From an uncultured Sphaerobacteraceae bacterium (GTDB lineage Bacteria > Chloroflexota > Chloroflexia > Thermomicrobiales > UBA6265): 64,000 nt of DNA. The DNA lies in assembly GCA_964526965.1 (NCBI GenBank), contig CAZGML010000002.1:1506-65505 (forward strand), given 5' to 3'. The notes below the pieces were generated by a model. It made no database searches, was not told where the DNA came from, and saw nothing but the letters and a program-made list of their open reading frames with translations. The translations under genes were made by a program, and so were the position numbers. Positions 27,542 through 37,381 of this stretch are shown here, piece by piece (the stretch's first letter is position 1; each line of letters starts with the position of its first letter).

Positions 27542-28111
27542 CTATTGCTCATAATCGGGGGAATATCGAGGTTTTCTGGCATCGATTATGATGCTGACCA
27601 TCCCGAGGCTTTCCGGTGAGTTGCGGGTATCGAAGCGGTATGATCGGCCGATCATGCCGTCGTCCGGATCCCACCGGGAGTGATGAAACTCACCATCCTC
27701 GTCGCAGTATTCGAGTAGCGTGACTTCGAATCCAGCATCCTCAAATACTGAGACAAGCGTTCGGTAGTCGTACACGATCTTGTGTGATGCGGCGGGATGA
27801 TCTGCAGGACCCGGGCCGCCGATCTGCACCATTTGCTGGTACGCGTCGTTGCGGAAGTTGGCATCAGGCACGGCACAGCGGATGTAGCCACCGGGTTTGA
27901 GCCAGGCGCAGCAGTTAAGAGCGGCCTGTCTGCCCTCTTCTTCTGTCATGTGTTCCCAAACATGTTCCGCAAGGAATGCGTCCGCGAGTTCGGGGCCGAA
28001 AAGGCCTTCAAAGCTAGCCGGTTTGAGGAGGTTGAGTTGATCTTCCTGTGTCGATATCCAGCCCGGCTGTTGCGTTGATCCTGCTCCGATAATGATGCGG
28101 AGTTTCGTCAT
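27542..28111 (-). CDS. Class I SAM-dependent methyltransferase
   Basis: IIIGAG, AEHVWEHM and WLKPGGYIRCAVPD. Confidence 0.85.
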   Translation of the reverse strand: MTKLRIIIGAGSTQQPGWISTQEDQLNLLKPASFEGLFGPELADAFLAEHVWEHMTEEEGRQAALNCCAWLKPGGYIRCAVPDANFRNDAYQQMVQIGGPGPADHPAASHKIVYDYRTLVSVFEDAGFEVTLLEYCDEDGEFHHSRWDPDDGMIGRSYRFDTRNSPESLGMVSIIIDARKPRYSPDYEQ

Positions 28112-29115
28112 GACATCGCTCCCAGGAGCACGTGATACTGCGGAGTTTTGGCAATGGAGTCCACCCGGGTGAACACGTTTGCCATTTGCTTGCCATACGC
28201 CAGAAACGCGTTGGCGACAATGATGAGTTCTCCTCCAGGGTTCAGGCGACTGGCGGCTCCGCGGATGATCTCATTGGCGACGGTGTAATCGACCTGCTTG
28301 CCGCGGTGGAATGGCGGATTGCTGACAATTAGGTCGAATCGCCGGTCATCAAGATGATGGTAGACATCGCTGGCGAGGACTTCGGCCCTGATACCGAGGT
28401 CCTCCACGTTATGTGCCGCTGCCTGCACGGCGAGGAGATTCGCATCGGTCATTGTGATATTTCCGCCATTCATTGCTGCCAGAATGCCGATCACCCCTAC
28501 TCCACAGCCGATATCCAGCACCTTCAGTTCAGGGGTGATTTTCAGGTGTTCCAGTAACAGCTTCGTGCCGGCATCGAGCTTTGCGCCCGCGAAGACGCCT
28601 ACCTGGGTGTGGAGCGTGAGGTTCTGATCCATGGCGTTCACCTGGAACTCCCGCCAGGTTCCGGGAGCGATGCCGGGTTCGGTGCTCCAGGTGGGCTCCA
28701 GTGGCGCTCGGGACGTGAAGATCGCCATGCGATGCTTCTCGCGATAGCCGCTCCAAAATGGTGGGCCGAGAAGCGCTTCGGCATCTTTGATCGCGGATCT
28801 GCCTCCAGCAGCGTTTGGGCCGCAAATAAGGATGCGACCCGATTCCGCGATGTTTCTGCTTGCGACGATCAACTGCCTCCGCAACAGATCGCGATCAGGT
28901 GGAGCCGGTATTAGTACGGTACCGGCCGCATGTTCGGCGGCAGTATGCAGTACCGGCACGCGAGACGCGTCGCGCTCCCGAACGTCTGTAGGTGAAAACA
29001 GAACATCGCCGGCGAGGTTATTGGCGAGATCTGCTTCGCCGCCCAGCACGAGTGTGGACCCCTCACCTCCATAACGAGATGAGAGGTCTAGCAGCAGCTC
29101 CGATGCGACAATCAT
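28108..29115 (-). CDS. RsmC-like class I methyltransferase
   Basis: GVFAGAKLDAGTKLL, LDIGCGVG and IVSNPPFHRG. Confidence 0.85.
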   Translation of the reverse strand: MIVASELLLDLSSRYGGEGSTLVLGGEADLANNLAGDVLFSPTDVRERDASRVPVLHTAAEHAAGTVLIPAPPDRDLLRRQLIVASRNIAESGRILICGPNAAGGRSAIKDAEALLGPPFWSGYREKHRMAIFTSRAPLEPTWSTEPGIAPGTWREFQVNAMDQNLTLHTQVGVFAGAKLDAGTKLLLEHLKITPELKVLDIGCGVGVIGILAAMNGGNITMTDANLLAVQAAAHNVEDLGIRAEVLASDVYHHLDDRRFDLIVSNPPFHRGKQVDYTVANEIIRGAASRLNPGGELIIVANAFLAYGKQMANVFTRVDSIAKTPQYHVLLGAMS

Positions 29116-29118
29116 CGC

Positions 29119-30222
29119 TTACACCACGAACTTTCCATCTTTCTGGAAGAGTTCACCATCGACGGTGATCTGACCGCCCTGACGCAGGTCGCAAATCATA
29201 TCCCAGTGGATGGCGCTTTCGTTTGTGCTACCGGTTTCTGGATACCCGCGGCCTAGAGCCATGTGTACGGTTCCACCGATCTTTTCATCGAAGAGAATGT
29301 TGCCGATAAACTGCTGGATATCGAAGTTGGTACCGAAGGCGAACTCACCGAGGAACCGCGCGCCGGCATCGGTATCCAGTGTGCTGATCAGGTAGTCCTC
29401 GTTGGCAGCGGCGGTTGCATCCACTACCTTGCCATCTTCAAACTTGAGGCGAATGTCTTCAATTCGGCGTCCGGCGGTTACCACCGGGAAACTGAAACGA
29501 ATATGGCCATTGGCCGAGGTTTCGACCGGACTGGTGAAAATCTCTCCACTGGGGAAGTTGCGACGACCGTCGCTATTCACCCAGCTGCGCCCACCAACGT
29601 TGACTTTCAGGTCTGTATCCGGACCGGTGAGATGTATTTCGCTCTTGCCGTCCAGCCAATCGATGAGGCGTTGTTGTTCCTCGCGGAGCTCGAGCCACGC
29701 GGCTACGGGGTCATCCTGATCCAGCTTCATGCCGCGCATCACGAAATCGGTGAACGTGGCGGTATCCATGTTCGCGTCCTGCGCATACGCATCGGTGGGA
29801 TAGAGGGTAAGAGTCCAGTCGAGATCACCATCGGCAGCGCGTTGCATAAAGGTGGCGCCGAGCTCGCTGCGTGCAGCCCTGAATTGACGCTGACGTGCCG
29901 GATCGACATCGCTGAGTCGGCGCGTATTCGTTTCCGCCCGGATGTTGATCACCACATCCGCTTCCTTACGAGTGAAGAGCTCGAAGGGTGTGAGCCAGGT
30001 GAGCTGTTCTTCGCTGCCGTGCTCAAGCAGGTACGGCGTATCACCTTCCGTCAATGGCCAGGTGACCGGGTGTGCGCCGCGATCGATAACCTCATGCGCG
30101 CATGCGGTGATGAGATCCTCGGCAGCGGTATGACCCATGATCACGACCGTCTGACCGGGTTTGACCTCAACCGAATAACCGACAAGGGCCTTGGCCCATT
30201 TCTGGATAATTGGATTTTTCAA
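29119..30222 (-). CDS. M29 family aminopeptidase (AmpS/AmpT)
   Basis: NFPSGEIFTSP, LFDEKIGGTVHMALG and SAIHWDMI. TTG start behind AAGGAG. Confidence 0.95.
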   Translation of the reverse strand: MKNPIIQKWAKALVGYSVEVKPGQTVVIMGHTAAEDLITACAHEVIDRGAHPVTWPLTEGDTPYLLEHGSEEQLTWLTPFELFTRKEADVVINIRAETNTRRLSDVDPARQRQFRAARSELGATFMQRAADGDLDWTLTLYPTDAYAQDANMDTATFTDFVMRGMKLDQDDPVAAWLELREEQQRLIDWLDGKSEIHLTGPDTDLKVNVGGRSWVNSDGRRNFPSGEIFTSPVETSANGHIRFSFPVVTAGRRIEDIRLKFEDGKVVDATAAANEDYLISTLDTDAGARFLGEFAFGTNFDIQQFIGNILFDEKIGGTVHMALGRGYPETGSTNESAIHWDMICDLRQGGQITVDGELFQKDGKFVV

Positions 30223-30480
30223 AACGTTCTCCTTGGAAATTGCGTTCACGTGCTGGGAATCATTGTACGTCTGTTGCAAAAGGAGCCGGGTTTTAGAGGG
30301 CTAACTGTGCCCGCCGGGCAAATGTTGCGTACGAACGTAGTAACCTATAGGAGACGACATCGCGAATGTGTCGTGGTGGAATTCAGGGGTACGGAACGTA
30401 CGCAGTGAACGTTCGCGGCGACAACATTTCGCCACCGATGGAATATCCCCGTATCAGGGAAATAGGCCGTCCGTATACCT

Positions 30481-30509
30481 TTCCATCCCGTCGTGAAGCG
30501 GTTTACAGT
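30481..30509 (+). promoter_or_regulatory. Putative sigma70 promoter of the XRE gene
   Basis: TTCCAT-17-TACAGT. Confidence 0.45.
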
Positions 30510-30604
30510 AGCTATGGGTTGATCGGAGTACCCGATCAGCTGAATCGAAACCCGTGCCCCCGCACCTCGATTCAGCACTGGGAACATGTGAGGGAGAAGA
30601 GGGA

Positions 30605-30865
30605 ATGCTGACGCTTCGGGAAGCGCGGCAACGGCGACATATGTCGCAACAAACGTTGGCTGACCGTGCCGGTGTGGCACGAGTAACCGTTTCGCAAATT
30701 GAACTAGGCAAGAGCGCACCCCGCCCGCACATTGCCCGCCGCCTTGCACAGGCGCTGGACATGACGCCTGGTGAGATTCAGGAATTTAGTGGAGCGGTTC
30801 GCAGTATGCGGCTCCCTACTCCGTCGATCCTGGCCGCAACAGATCCGGAAGTTACCGATACGTAG
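30605..30865 (+). CDS. XRE-family HTH regulator
   Basis: LREARQRRHMSQQTLADRAGVARVTVSQIELG. Confidence 0.9.
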   Translation: MLTLREARQRRHMSQQTLADRAGVARVTVSQIELGKSAPRPHIARRLAQALDMTPGEIQEFSGAVRSMRLPTPSILAATDPEVTDT

Positions 30866-30905
30866 AACGGTCTGTTCGCTGGCGATTTAATAATGCCCGC
30901 AACTA

Positions 30906-30940
30906 CCCCTGGTGGATTCCCGCGATCCACCAGGGGTTTT
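30906..30940 (+). terminator. Intrinsic terminator
   Basis: CCCCTGGTGGAT-7-ATCCACCAGGGG-TTTT. Confidence 0.8.
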
Positions 30941-30981
30941 CATGGTTGTTCGAATCAAGAGCCCGGGTAGAAAACCCGGGC

Positions 30982-31935
30982 CTACGGTTGTTCAATCTGC
31001 AGGATCTCATCACTCACATTGCCGCCGCTGAGGACAATGCCGACTTTCTTGCCGGCGACATCGATTGACCCGTTCAACACGGCGGCCAGGCCAAGTGCAG
31101 CCGTTGGCTCCACTACCGTTTTCATTCGGTACGCAAAGAAGCGCATGGCGTCGATGAGTTGTTCATCCGTGGCAGTTGCGATATCGGTGACGTGCTCATG
31201 AATGATGGGGAACGTCAACGACCCGAGTGCAAGCGTTTGCGCGCCATCGGCAATTGTCTTTGGCGTGTCGATTTTGATGATCTCGCCCGTGCGAAGGCTT
31301 TGTTGTCCGTCGTTGCCGGCTTCCGGTTCCACACCGTAGATTTTCGCGTTCGGGCTGAGTGCATGTGTGGCGATGGCCGTACCACCCAACAGCCCTCCCC
31401 CGCCAAGTGGTGTAATGACGATATCAAGCTCTCCAACGTCCTCAATCATCTCCATGGCTGCAGTACCCTGGCCAGCGATGATGTGGGGATGATCGAAGGG
31501 CGGAATCATGGTGCCGCCCTGCTCTTCGGCGATGCGGTTGCCGATAGCTTCCCTATCCTCCGAGTAGCGGTCGTAGAGCACCACCTCGGCTCCATACCCG
31601 CGTGTGGCATCGAGCTTGTTTGGCGGTGCATCTTCCGGCATCACGATCGTGGCTTTCGTGCCGAGAAGCTTCGCCGCGAGGGCAATCGCCTGGGCATGAT
31701 TACCGGAGCTAAACGCAATCACACCGCCTTGCATCTGATCTGGCGTGAACTGACTGATGGCGTTGTAGGCACCGCGGAATTTGAATGCTCCCATCCGCTG
31801 CAGGTTTTCGGCCTTGAAGAAAAGCTGCGCGCCGGTACGGCCGTCGAGTGTTGAGGAGGTGAGCACCGGTGTGCGATGAGCAACGCCCTTGATGCGATTT
31901 GCGGCGGCCTGCACGTCGTCCCAGGTCACGTTCAT
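30982..31935 (-). CDS. PLP-dependent threo-3-hydroxyaspartate ammonia-lyase / serine-threonine dehydratase family
   Basis: KAENLQRMGAFKFRGA, SSGNHAQ, GGGGL and LSGGNV. Confidence 0.92.
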   Translation of the reverse strand: MNVTWDDVQAAANRIKGVAHRTPVLTSSTLDGRTGAQLFFKAENLQRMGAFKFRGAYNAISQFTPDQMQGGVIAFSSGNHAQAIALAAKLLGTKATIVMPEDAPPNKLDATRGYGAEVVLYDRYSEDREAIGNRIAEEQGGTMIPPFDHPHIIAGQGTAAMEMIEDVGELDIVITPLGGGGLLGGTAIATHALSPNAKIYGVEPEAGNDGQQSLRTGEIIKIDTPKTIADGAQTLALGSLTFPIIHEHVTDIATATDEQLIDAMRFFAYRMKTVVEPTAALGLAAVLNGSIDVAGKKVGIVLSGGNVSDEILQIEQP

Positions 31936-32003
31936 TGGAGTACCTTTCTCGTAATACAGATCTCATCAATAGGCGCATCATAGCGCGAATTGGAGTGCGA
32001 ACA

Positions 32004-32630
32004 ATGTCAGAAGCGAACAACCCGGCCCTGGATTTGTGGAAGACGATGTACCAGTTAAAGACCCTTCCACGTACGGGTTGGGTGGATCGCGGCATTCCCG
32101 CTGCTGAGGCGGAATCGGTGGCCGATCATTCCTACTTCACCATGCTGATCGCCTGGGTCGTAGCGCATGAGGACGAGTCAATCGACGCGAACCGGGTGCT
32201 GCAACTGGCGTTGATACACGATGCAGCTGAAGCGATTGCTGGCGACATTCCACCGTACGATCCGGAAGATATCCCGACTGATGTTGACGGTCGGCGAGCG
32301 TTCTTTAGCGTGCGGCTGGACCGTTCGCCGGAGAACAAGGCCCGGAAAGATGCGATCGAGGCCGAGGCTGCCGAGCGCGTGATGGCAATGCTGCCGGCCT
32401 CGATAAGACCGATGTGGCAGGAACTCTGGCACGAGTATGAGCAGCAGGAGTCGCCGGAAGCCCGGCTGGTGAAGCAGGTCGATCGCCTCGAGGCGTTTAT
32501 CCAGAGTCGAATCTACGCCGACCAATACCCAGATGCCCCGGTCGATGGATTCGCCGACATGGCGCGTAAGTCAATCGACCATCCGCTACTCACCGGGGTT
32601 CTCGACTCATTCCTGGCGGAGATGGATTAG
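32004..32630 (+). CDS. HD-domain 5'-deoxynucleotidase-like hydrolase
   Basis: LPRTGW, ESVADHS, LIHDAAE and VDRLE. Confidence 0.9.
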   Translation: MSEANNPALDLWKTMYQLKTLPRTGWVDRGIPAAEAESVADHSYFTMLIAWVVAHEDESIDANRVLQLALIHDAAEAIAGDIPPYDPEDIPTDVDGRRAFFSVRLDRSPENKARKDAIEAEAAERVMAMLPASIRPMWQELWHEYEQQESPEARLVKQVDRLEAFIQSRIYADQYPDAPVDGFADMARKSIDHPLLTGVLDSFLAEMD

Positions 32631-33109
32631 CCATGGAGCTCCACAGTGGCGGTGATGATGACGCAGGCATTACCGGCCAGGCTGGCTGCGCCCGGTGTGC
32701 TGCGAGCATGGGTGCCGATCTCCGGGCCAAAGAGGTCGATGATGAAATCGCTGAATCCGCTAATAACATAACTGGTGCGGGCGAAATCCTTGTCGCAGTT
32801 CACGAAGCCGATCACATTCAGCCACGCGCTGATACGATCCAGATCGCCGATTTCACGCTTTAGCTCGCTCAGGATCGTGAGCGCTGTCAGCCGGGCGGAT
32901 TCGTGCGCTTCTTCCGGACTGACCATGCTCGGGATGCTGCCCTTGCTTTCATGCGGAGTGCCATCCGGGTTACGGGCTGAATGTCCGCTTACATAAGCGG
33001 TGTTTCCCCGTACCAGAACCGGCACCGGAGGCCCTTCCACGCTCGGTTTGTAATTCGCGGGTGCGGGTAGCACCAATCCCATTTCTTCCAGCTTCTGCTC
33101 GATTGTCAT
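32627..33109 (-). CDS. RidA/YjgF family protein
   Basis: AYVSGH, GFVNC and GTHARSTPG. Confidence 0.88.
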   Translation of the reverse strand: MTIEQKLEEMGLVLPAPANYKPSVEGPPVPVLVRGNTAYVSGHSARNPDGTPHESKGSIPSMVSPEEAHESARLTALTILSELKREIGDLDRISAWLNVIGFVNCDKDFARTSYVISGFSDFIIDLFGPEIGTHARSTPGAASLAGNACVIITATVELHG

Positions 33110-33175
33110 GTTCGGACTCCCTCTCAATGCGTTGAATGCATTGATGGTAGCCTCGAATTCGATTTTGCGGGATAG

Positions 33176-34132
33176 CTAGACGCTCGCCACCAGTTCCCGT
33201 GCATTCGCCAGGTTCTTGCGGACGTAGGTAACGGGTTCGGCATTGCAGCTCGCGATGGTAGAGAACTCTTCGCCCCAGTGTATGTCACCCTCAAAGCAGA
33301 CCTCTGGCCGGGTGGGATGCGTTCCGGTAATACGGACTCGAACCGCCCTGCCCTCGGTATCGGACTCGAGAACCTCGCCATGTTGGGCGTATTCCGTCCA
33401 GCTCCAGCCGATGTGGGTGAGGATGTGCGCTTCCAGCATCTGCAGTTCTGGGCTCGTGTGGCCGACCCAGCCACGGTAATGCGGCATAAGGGCTTCCGGC
33501 CCAGAGTCTCCCATCAGGATTTCGCGAGCAGCGGATTCGTCCACAAGACCCCAGGCGCGACCGCTAGGAAAATCGATCATGGTGGGTGCAAAACGGTGTC
33601 CACCCAGGTGAGAGCAGCGCCACACACGAGTGTGCTCCAGGGATTTCGCGGCAGCGTGCATTTTGATGTACATCGGCGCGCCGAACGTGGCACAGCAGGC
33701 ATCGCGGCTTCCATGCGTGCACACGGCCACATCTCGCCATGGTGTTGGGTCAATGCTCGCCGATGCCGGGAGCGGTTCGTCCTTCGCCAGCGCCTGGATC
33801 ACCGGGGCGATGTCACCATCGGACGCGATGATTTCGCGCCTGGTAACCACACCATCTTCAATCTGGATATCAATCAGGCGTTCACCATCCACCGCATACG
33901 CCGGATCTGGTGCCAACAGGTAGACTGAAACCTTGCCCTGCAGCTTTTGGAATTCGGCTATCGCATCGGTAACGGCCGACGGGATGTGCGGCGTCTCCAG
34001 CGGCTTGCGACTCCATGGCAGGGGAACTTCTATCAGGAATGCCCGCGTAAACTTTGGGGCGCTGCCAATGGGTGCTTCCAGCGAGACATCACGGGAGTTG
34101 TGAGAGCAAAAGGTGGTTGAGGTAGCTGACAT
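33176..34132 (-). CDS. Sucrase-ferredoxin-like 2Fe-2S protein
   Basis: CTHGSRDACC and WRCSHLGGHRFAPT. Confidence 0.9.
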   Translation of the reverse strand: MSATSTTFCSHNSRDVSLEAPIGSAPKFTRAFLIEVPLPWSRKPLETPHIPSAVTDAIAEFQKLQGKVSVYLLAPDPAYAVDGERLIDIQIEDGVVTRREIIASDGDIAPVIQALAKDEPLPASASIDPTPWRDVAVCTHGSRDACCATFGAPMYIKMHAAAKSLEHTRVWRCSHLGGHRFAPTMIDFPSGRAWGLVDESAAREILMGDSGPEALMPHYRGWVGHTSPELQMLEAHILTHIGWSWTEYAQHGEVLESDTEGRAVRVRITGTHPTRPEVCFEGDIHWGEEFSTIASCNAEPVTYVRKNLANARELVASV

Positions 34133-34203
34133 GAGGATCCCTGGATAAATCCGACTATTGCAGTATGGATTCTACGAGGGACTGCCCGGGGTGTCAAAAG
34201 CAG

Positions 34204-34827
34204 CTACGAGTCCCTGGGGGCCCAGCTCATCCATCCCCAGTACACACTTCCCAGCCGCAAGAACACACCTGTGCCAACTCCAACCAGAACCAGCACTTCT
34301 CGAGGCGCCCCAAGCGCACGCACCAGGACGATGGCGATACAGGCTCCGAGCGCGGCGAGACCGTAGAGTTCGGTTTGTTTGAATATGGCGGGCGTGACGC
34401 CGGTCATCGTGTCACGGAGGACGCCACCACCCACTGCAGTGATGACACCCAGCAGGATGGCTGACCAAAACGAGAGATCGGCATCGAAAGCGCGTAATGA
34501 CCCCGCCACTGCGAAGTTCCCGAGTGCGATTGAATCCAGCACCACAATCGACGTACGGAGCTGGCTAACGTGGCGACCCCAAACGGCAACAGTTATGGTG
34601 GCGACCATGACGGATGGCAGGTACACCGGATTTGTAAGCGCTAACGGTGGCCCGAGCGGCAGCATGATGTCGCGGATGATACCTCCGCCCAATCCGGTGA
34701 CAAGCGCCAGGAACCATACCCCCATGATGTCGTAACGGTGACGCAGCCCGACCAGGGCACCGGTGAGCGCACCGATGAAGATCCCAAAGATATCTACTGC
34801 CAGAAAGATCGTGTCTGCCTGAAACAC
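34204..34827 (-). CDS. TRIC/UPF0126 (YadS-like) membrane protein
   Basis: Duplicated GGGIIRD / GGGVLRD motifs. Confidence 0.92.
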   Translation of the reverse strand: MFQADTIFLAVDIFGIFIGALTGALVGLRHRYDIMGVWFLALVTGLGGGIIRDIMLPLGPPLALTNPVYLPSVMVATITVAVWGRHVSQLRTSIVVLDSIALGNFAVAGSLRAFDADLSFWSAILLGVITAVGGGVLRDTMTGVTPAIFKQTELYGLAALGACIAIVLVRALGAPREVLVLVGVGTGVFLRLGSVYWGWMSWAPRDS

Positions 34828-35018
34828 CCGGGCACGCCCTCTCTAAATCCCTACTCGCCTCCACGTGTGGCGTCCATAGTAGTGTGACTGATTTTCATCC
34901 AGAATGATGTCAGCACCAGTCTTCCAACCATTTTGGCAAGAAGTGAACCTAACGAAGCGTCACAAAAACCCCCGTTCAGCATGTTAACGGTGCTGTCGGG
35001 TGGTCGCTGGCAACAGAA

Positions 35019-35034
35019 AGGCACGAAATTTGCT
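35019..35034 (+). promoter_or_regulatory. Putative sigma54 -24/-12 promoter
   Basis: AGGCACG-AAAT-TTGCT, about 55 bp upstream of the DUF892 gene. Confidence 0.6.
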
Positions 35035-35088
35035 TTGGTGTCCTTCAGAAGCTTCGCACCGGCGAAGCAATTGTGAAAGGGCCAAGCA

Positions 35089-35574
35089 ATGGCTCGTCAA
35101 GAATTATTCGTAACCTGGCTCAATGATGCACATGCGTTTGAGAACGTTGTCGCATCGGCACTCAAGGATCAAGTCGCGCTCGCGGAAGGGCAAGCGGAAG
35201 TGCAGCGGGCGATTGAGGGGCACCTGGAAGCAACACATCGCCACATGGAGATCGTTGAGGGATGTCTCACGGAACTCGGTGAAAACACATCGGGCCTCAA
35301 GGACACCATGGCAAAAATGGGCGGCAAGATGCAGAGCATGATGCAAGCCGGTTCAGGAGATACGCTGATCACCGCCGCGCTAAATGACTATTCGGCCGAG
35401 CATATGGAGATCGCATCGTACGAATCGTTAATCGTCGCGGCGAACGAACTCGGTCACACAACGATTGCCAGCAAGCTGCAAGGCATTCTGGAAGACGAGA
35501 AACAAATGGCCCGGTGGCTCGAGGAGCAGATTCCGGTGCTCACCCGTCAGGAACTGATGAACGTGAGCGATTAG
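35089..35574 (+). CDS. Ferritin-like DUF892 (YciE-like) stress protein
   Basis: WLNDAHAFE, HLEATHRH, EHMEIASY and ILEDEKQMARWL. Confidence 0.9.
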   Translation: MARQELFVTWLNDAHAFENVVASALKDQVALAEGQAEVQRAIEGHLEATHRHMEIVEGCLTELGENTSGLKDTMAKMGGKMQSMMQAGSGDTLITAALNDYSAEHMEIASYESLIVAANELGHTTIASKLQGILEDEKQMARWLEEQIPVLTRQELMNVSD

Positions 35575-35588
35575 TCTTGCGAACAAAA

Positions 35589-35621
35589 CACAGGGCACCA
35601 CAACACATGTGGTGCCCTGTG
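35589..35621. terminator. Terminator hairpin between convergent genes
   Basis: CACAGGGCACCACA-5-TGTGGTGCCCTGTG. Confidence 0.75.
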
Positions 35622-35636
35622 ATGTATTCGTGATTC

Positions 35637-36194
35637 CTACGAAAGTCTGCGCGCCCTGGCGAACTTGCGGGCGATGAATCCACCCACTATCGCCGCGCCC
35701 ACCATCACAGCCGGCACAACCGCTGCCGTTGGTGGCGGTTCGGTGCGAATGCTCGATTCCATACCGAGCGCATTGCGCCCAACTGACCGCAACACCGCAG
35801 TGCCAATGTGAAGCGGCAGGTAGAGCGCCGGAACCATCTTCGCCCACAACATCGGATTGCGACCAGCGATTCGCGCTGCCAGGATTCCTGCCGGCACAAA
35901 CCCAACCGTGGCCAATACGATATCCGAGGGCTTCATGATGAACGCCACAACCGCAGTGAGCGCGGTGATGCCCGCCCACTGGAGAGGACTCGAGCCACGC
36001 CGACGGCCTTCGAGAATAAACATTGCCGACGATGCAAACCAGGTAATGCCCGCGATTCCGTTCAGGATTTTCGAGAGCTGCCCTTCCGCAACAATCGATG
36101 CTCCAACGATCACCGCAGCCGTGGCCAGCGTGCCGGTTGCAATGCGCTCCTGTCGTGTTTCACCTAACAGCTTGTAGAGAGTTTCGTTATTCAC
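35637..36194 (-). CDS. Hypothetical multi-pass membrane protein
   Basis: About 6 hydrophobic segments; 14 bp downstream of hemW. Confidence 0.7.
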   Translation of the reverse strand: MNNETLYKLLGETRQERIATGTLATAAVIVGASIVAEGQLSKILNGIAGITWFASSAMFILEGRRRGSSPLQWAGITALTAVVAFIMKPSDIVLATVGFVPAGILAARIAGRNPMLWAKMVPALYLPLHIGTAVLRSVGRNALGMESSIRTEPPPTAAVVPAVMVGAAIVGGFIARKFARARRLS

Positions 36195-36208
36195 TATGGG
36201 ATCCGTTT

Positions 36209-37381
36209 CTAGAGAAATTCTGCGACCACACTATTTGCGAGCATCGCGCCCCGTTCTGTCAGCCGGATGCCGGTGTCGGTCGGTTCCAACATGCCCAATT
36301 CAGTCATGCGTTCAAGCGGTCCGCCGAACACATCGTGCATCGATTCGCCATGCCGGGTCTGGAACGCGTCTGCATTGACGCCATCGTTCAGGAATCGCAG
36401 CCCGAGCATCATCGTTTCGCCACGGGCGGTTTCTTCGTCCAGCACTTCAGTGTTGGATTGCGGCAATGCCCCCTGAGCCAGTTCGTTGATGTAGCGTTCG
36501 GGCAGCAGCTGATTCATGACGCGATTCCCGTTCATGGTGCCGAACGCGCCGGCACCTATACCAAGATAGTCGCCATGCTGCCAGTAAATCGCATTGTGAC
36601 GGGAGTAGCCATCTGGTTCGCGGCACCAGTTCGCGACTTCGTAGTGATGCCAGCCAGCTTCATCCAGCATCCGAATCGCGTCTTCGTAGAGGTCGGCGGC
36701 GGCATCATCGTCCGGAATCTGGAGAATCCCGCGTGCAGCGGCATCTGCATAGGGCGTTCCGGGCTCGATGATCAAGCTGTAGAGACTGAGGTGGTTGGGC
36801 CCATCGTGGCCCATATCAATGAGCTGTTGCAGGTCGTTCTGCCAAATCTCGCGCGATTGTCCCGGCCAGCCGAAGATGAAATCCAGGCTTATTTCTTCAA
36901 ACCCGGCTTTGTGCGCATCAGCGAGTGATGTCAGCACATCGGTAGATTCGTGCTGGCGACCGAGCGTGCGTAATCCGCGGCGATCCAGGGTCTGGGCGCC
37001 GATGCTGAGTCGATTGACGCCCGCCGCCCGGTAGCCTTGCAGGTGGTCAATCGATAGTGAATTCGGATTCGCTTCCATCGTGATTTCAGCATCTGCGTTC
37101 ACCGGTAGCGCGTTTCGAACGCCGTTAAGAACGGTTTCGATCTGCACCGGCGAGAGCATGCTCGGAGTGCCGCCGCCGAGGTAGATAGTGGCTGCCGGGC
37201 GGCCGTTGGCCTCCCCTGCCCTAAGTTCCAGCTCGCGAACAACCGCATCAACGTAATTGGGAATAAGCTGATCTTTACCGGCGTACGTTGTGAAATCGCA
37301 GTAGGGACAAATGTGAGCGCAAAACGGGACGTGGATGTAAACACCAATGGGAGCATCCACTGGCGCGGGCGCAACGATCAT
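36209..37381 (-). CDS. hemW: Radical SAM heme chaperone HemW (HemN-like)
   Basis: YIHVPFCAHICPYCDF, GGGTPS, YEVANW and SRHNAIYW. Confidence 0.9.
   Translation of the reverse strand: MIVAPAPVDAPIGVYIHVPFCAHICPYCDFTTYAGKDQLIPNYVDAVVRELELRAGEANGRPAATIYLGGGTPSMLSPVQIETVLNGVRNALPVNADAEITMEANPNSLSIDHLQGYRAAGVNRLSIGAQTLDRRGLRTLGRQHESTDVLTSLADAHKAGFEEISLDFIFGWPGQSREIWQNDLQQLIDMGHDGPNHLSLYSLIIEPGTPYADAAARGILQIPDDDAAADLYEDAIRMLDEAGWHHYEVANWCREPDGYSRHNAIYWQHGDYLGIGAGAFGTMNGNRVMNQLLPERYINELAQGALPQSNTEVLDEETARGETMMLGLRFLNDGVNADAFQTRHGESMHDVFGGPLERMTELGMLEPTDTGIRLTERGAMLANSVVAEFL

Noticed and set aside
27334-27545. Fluoride riboswitch upstream of the ClC gene
   Set aside because: Only a GAGTTCGCC fragment matches; the GATGG and CTGATG elements are missing, and the protein has GREGP (chloride type) rather than GREGT.
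30366-30611. 81-aa ORF upstream of the XRE gene
   Set aside because: No recognisable motif, and it overlaps a predicted promoter and several hairpins; treated as non-coding.
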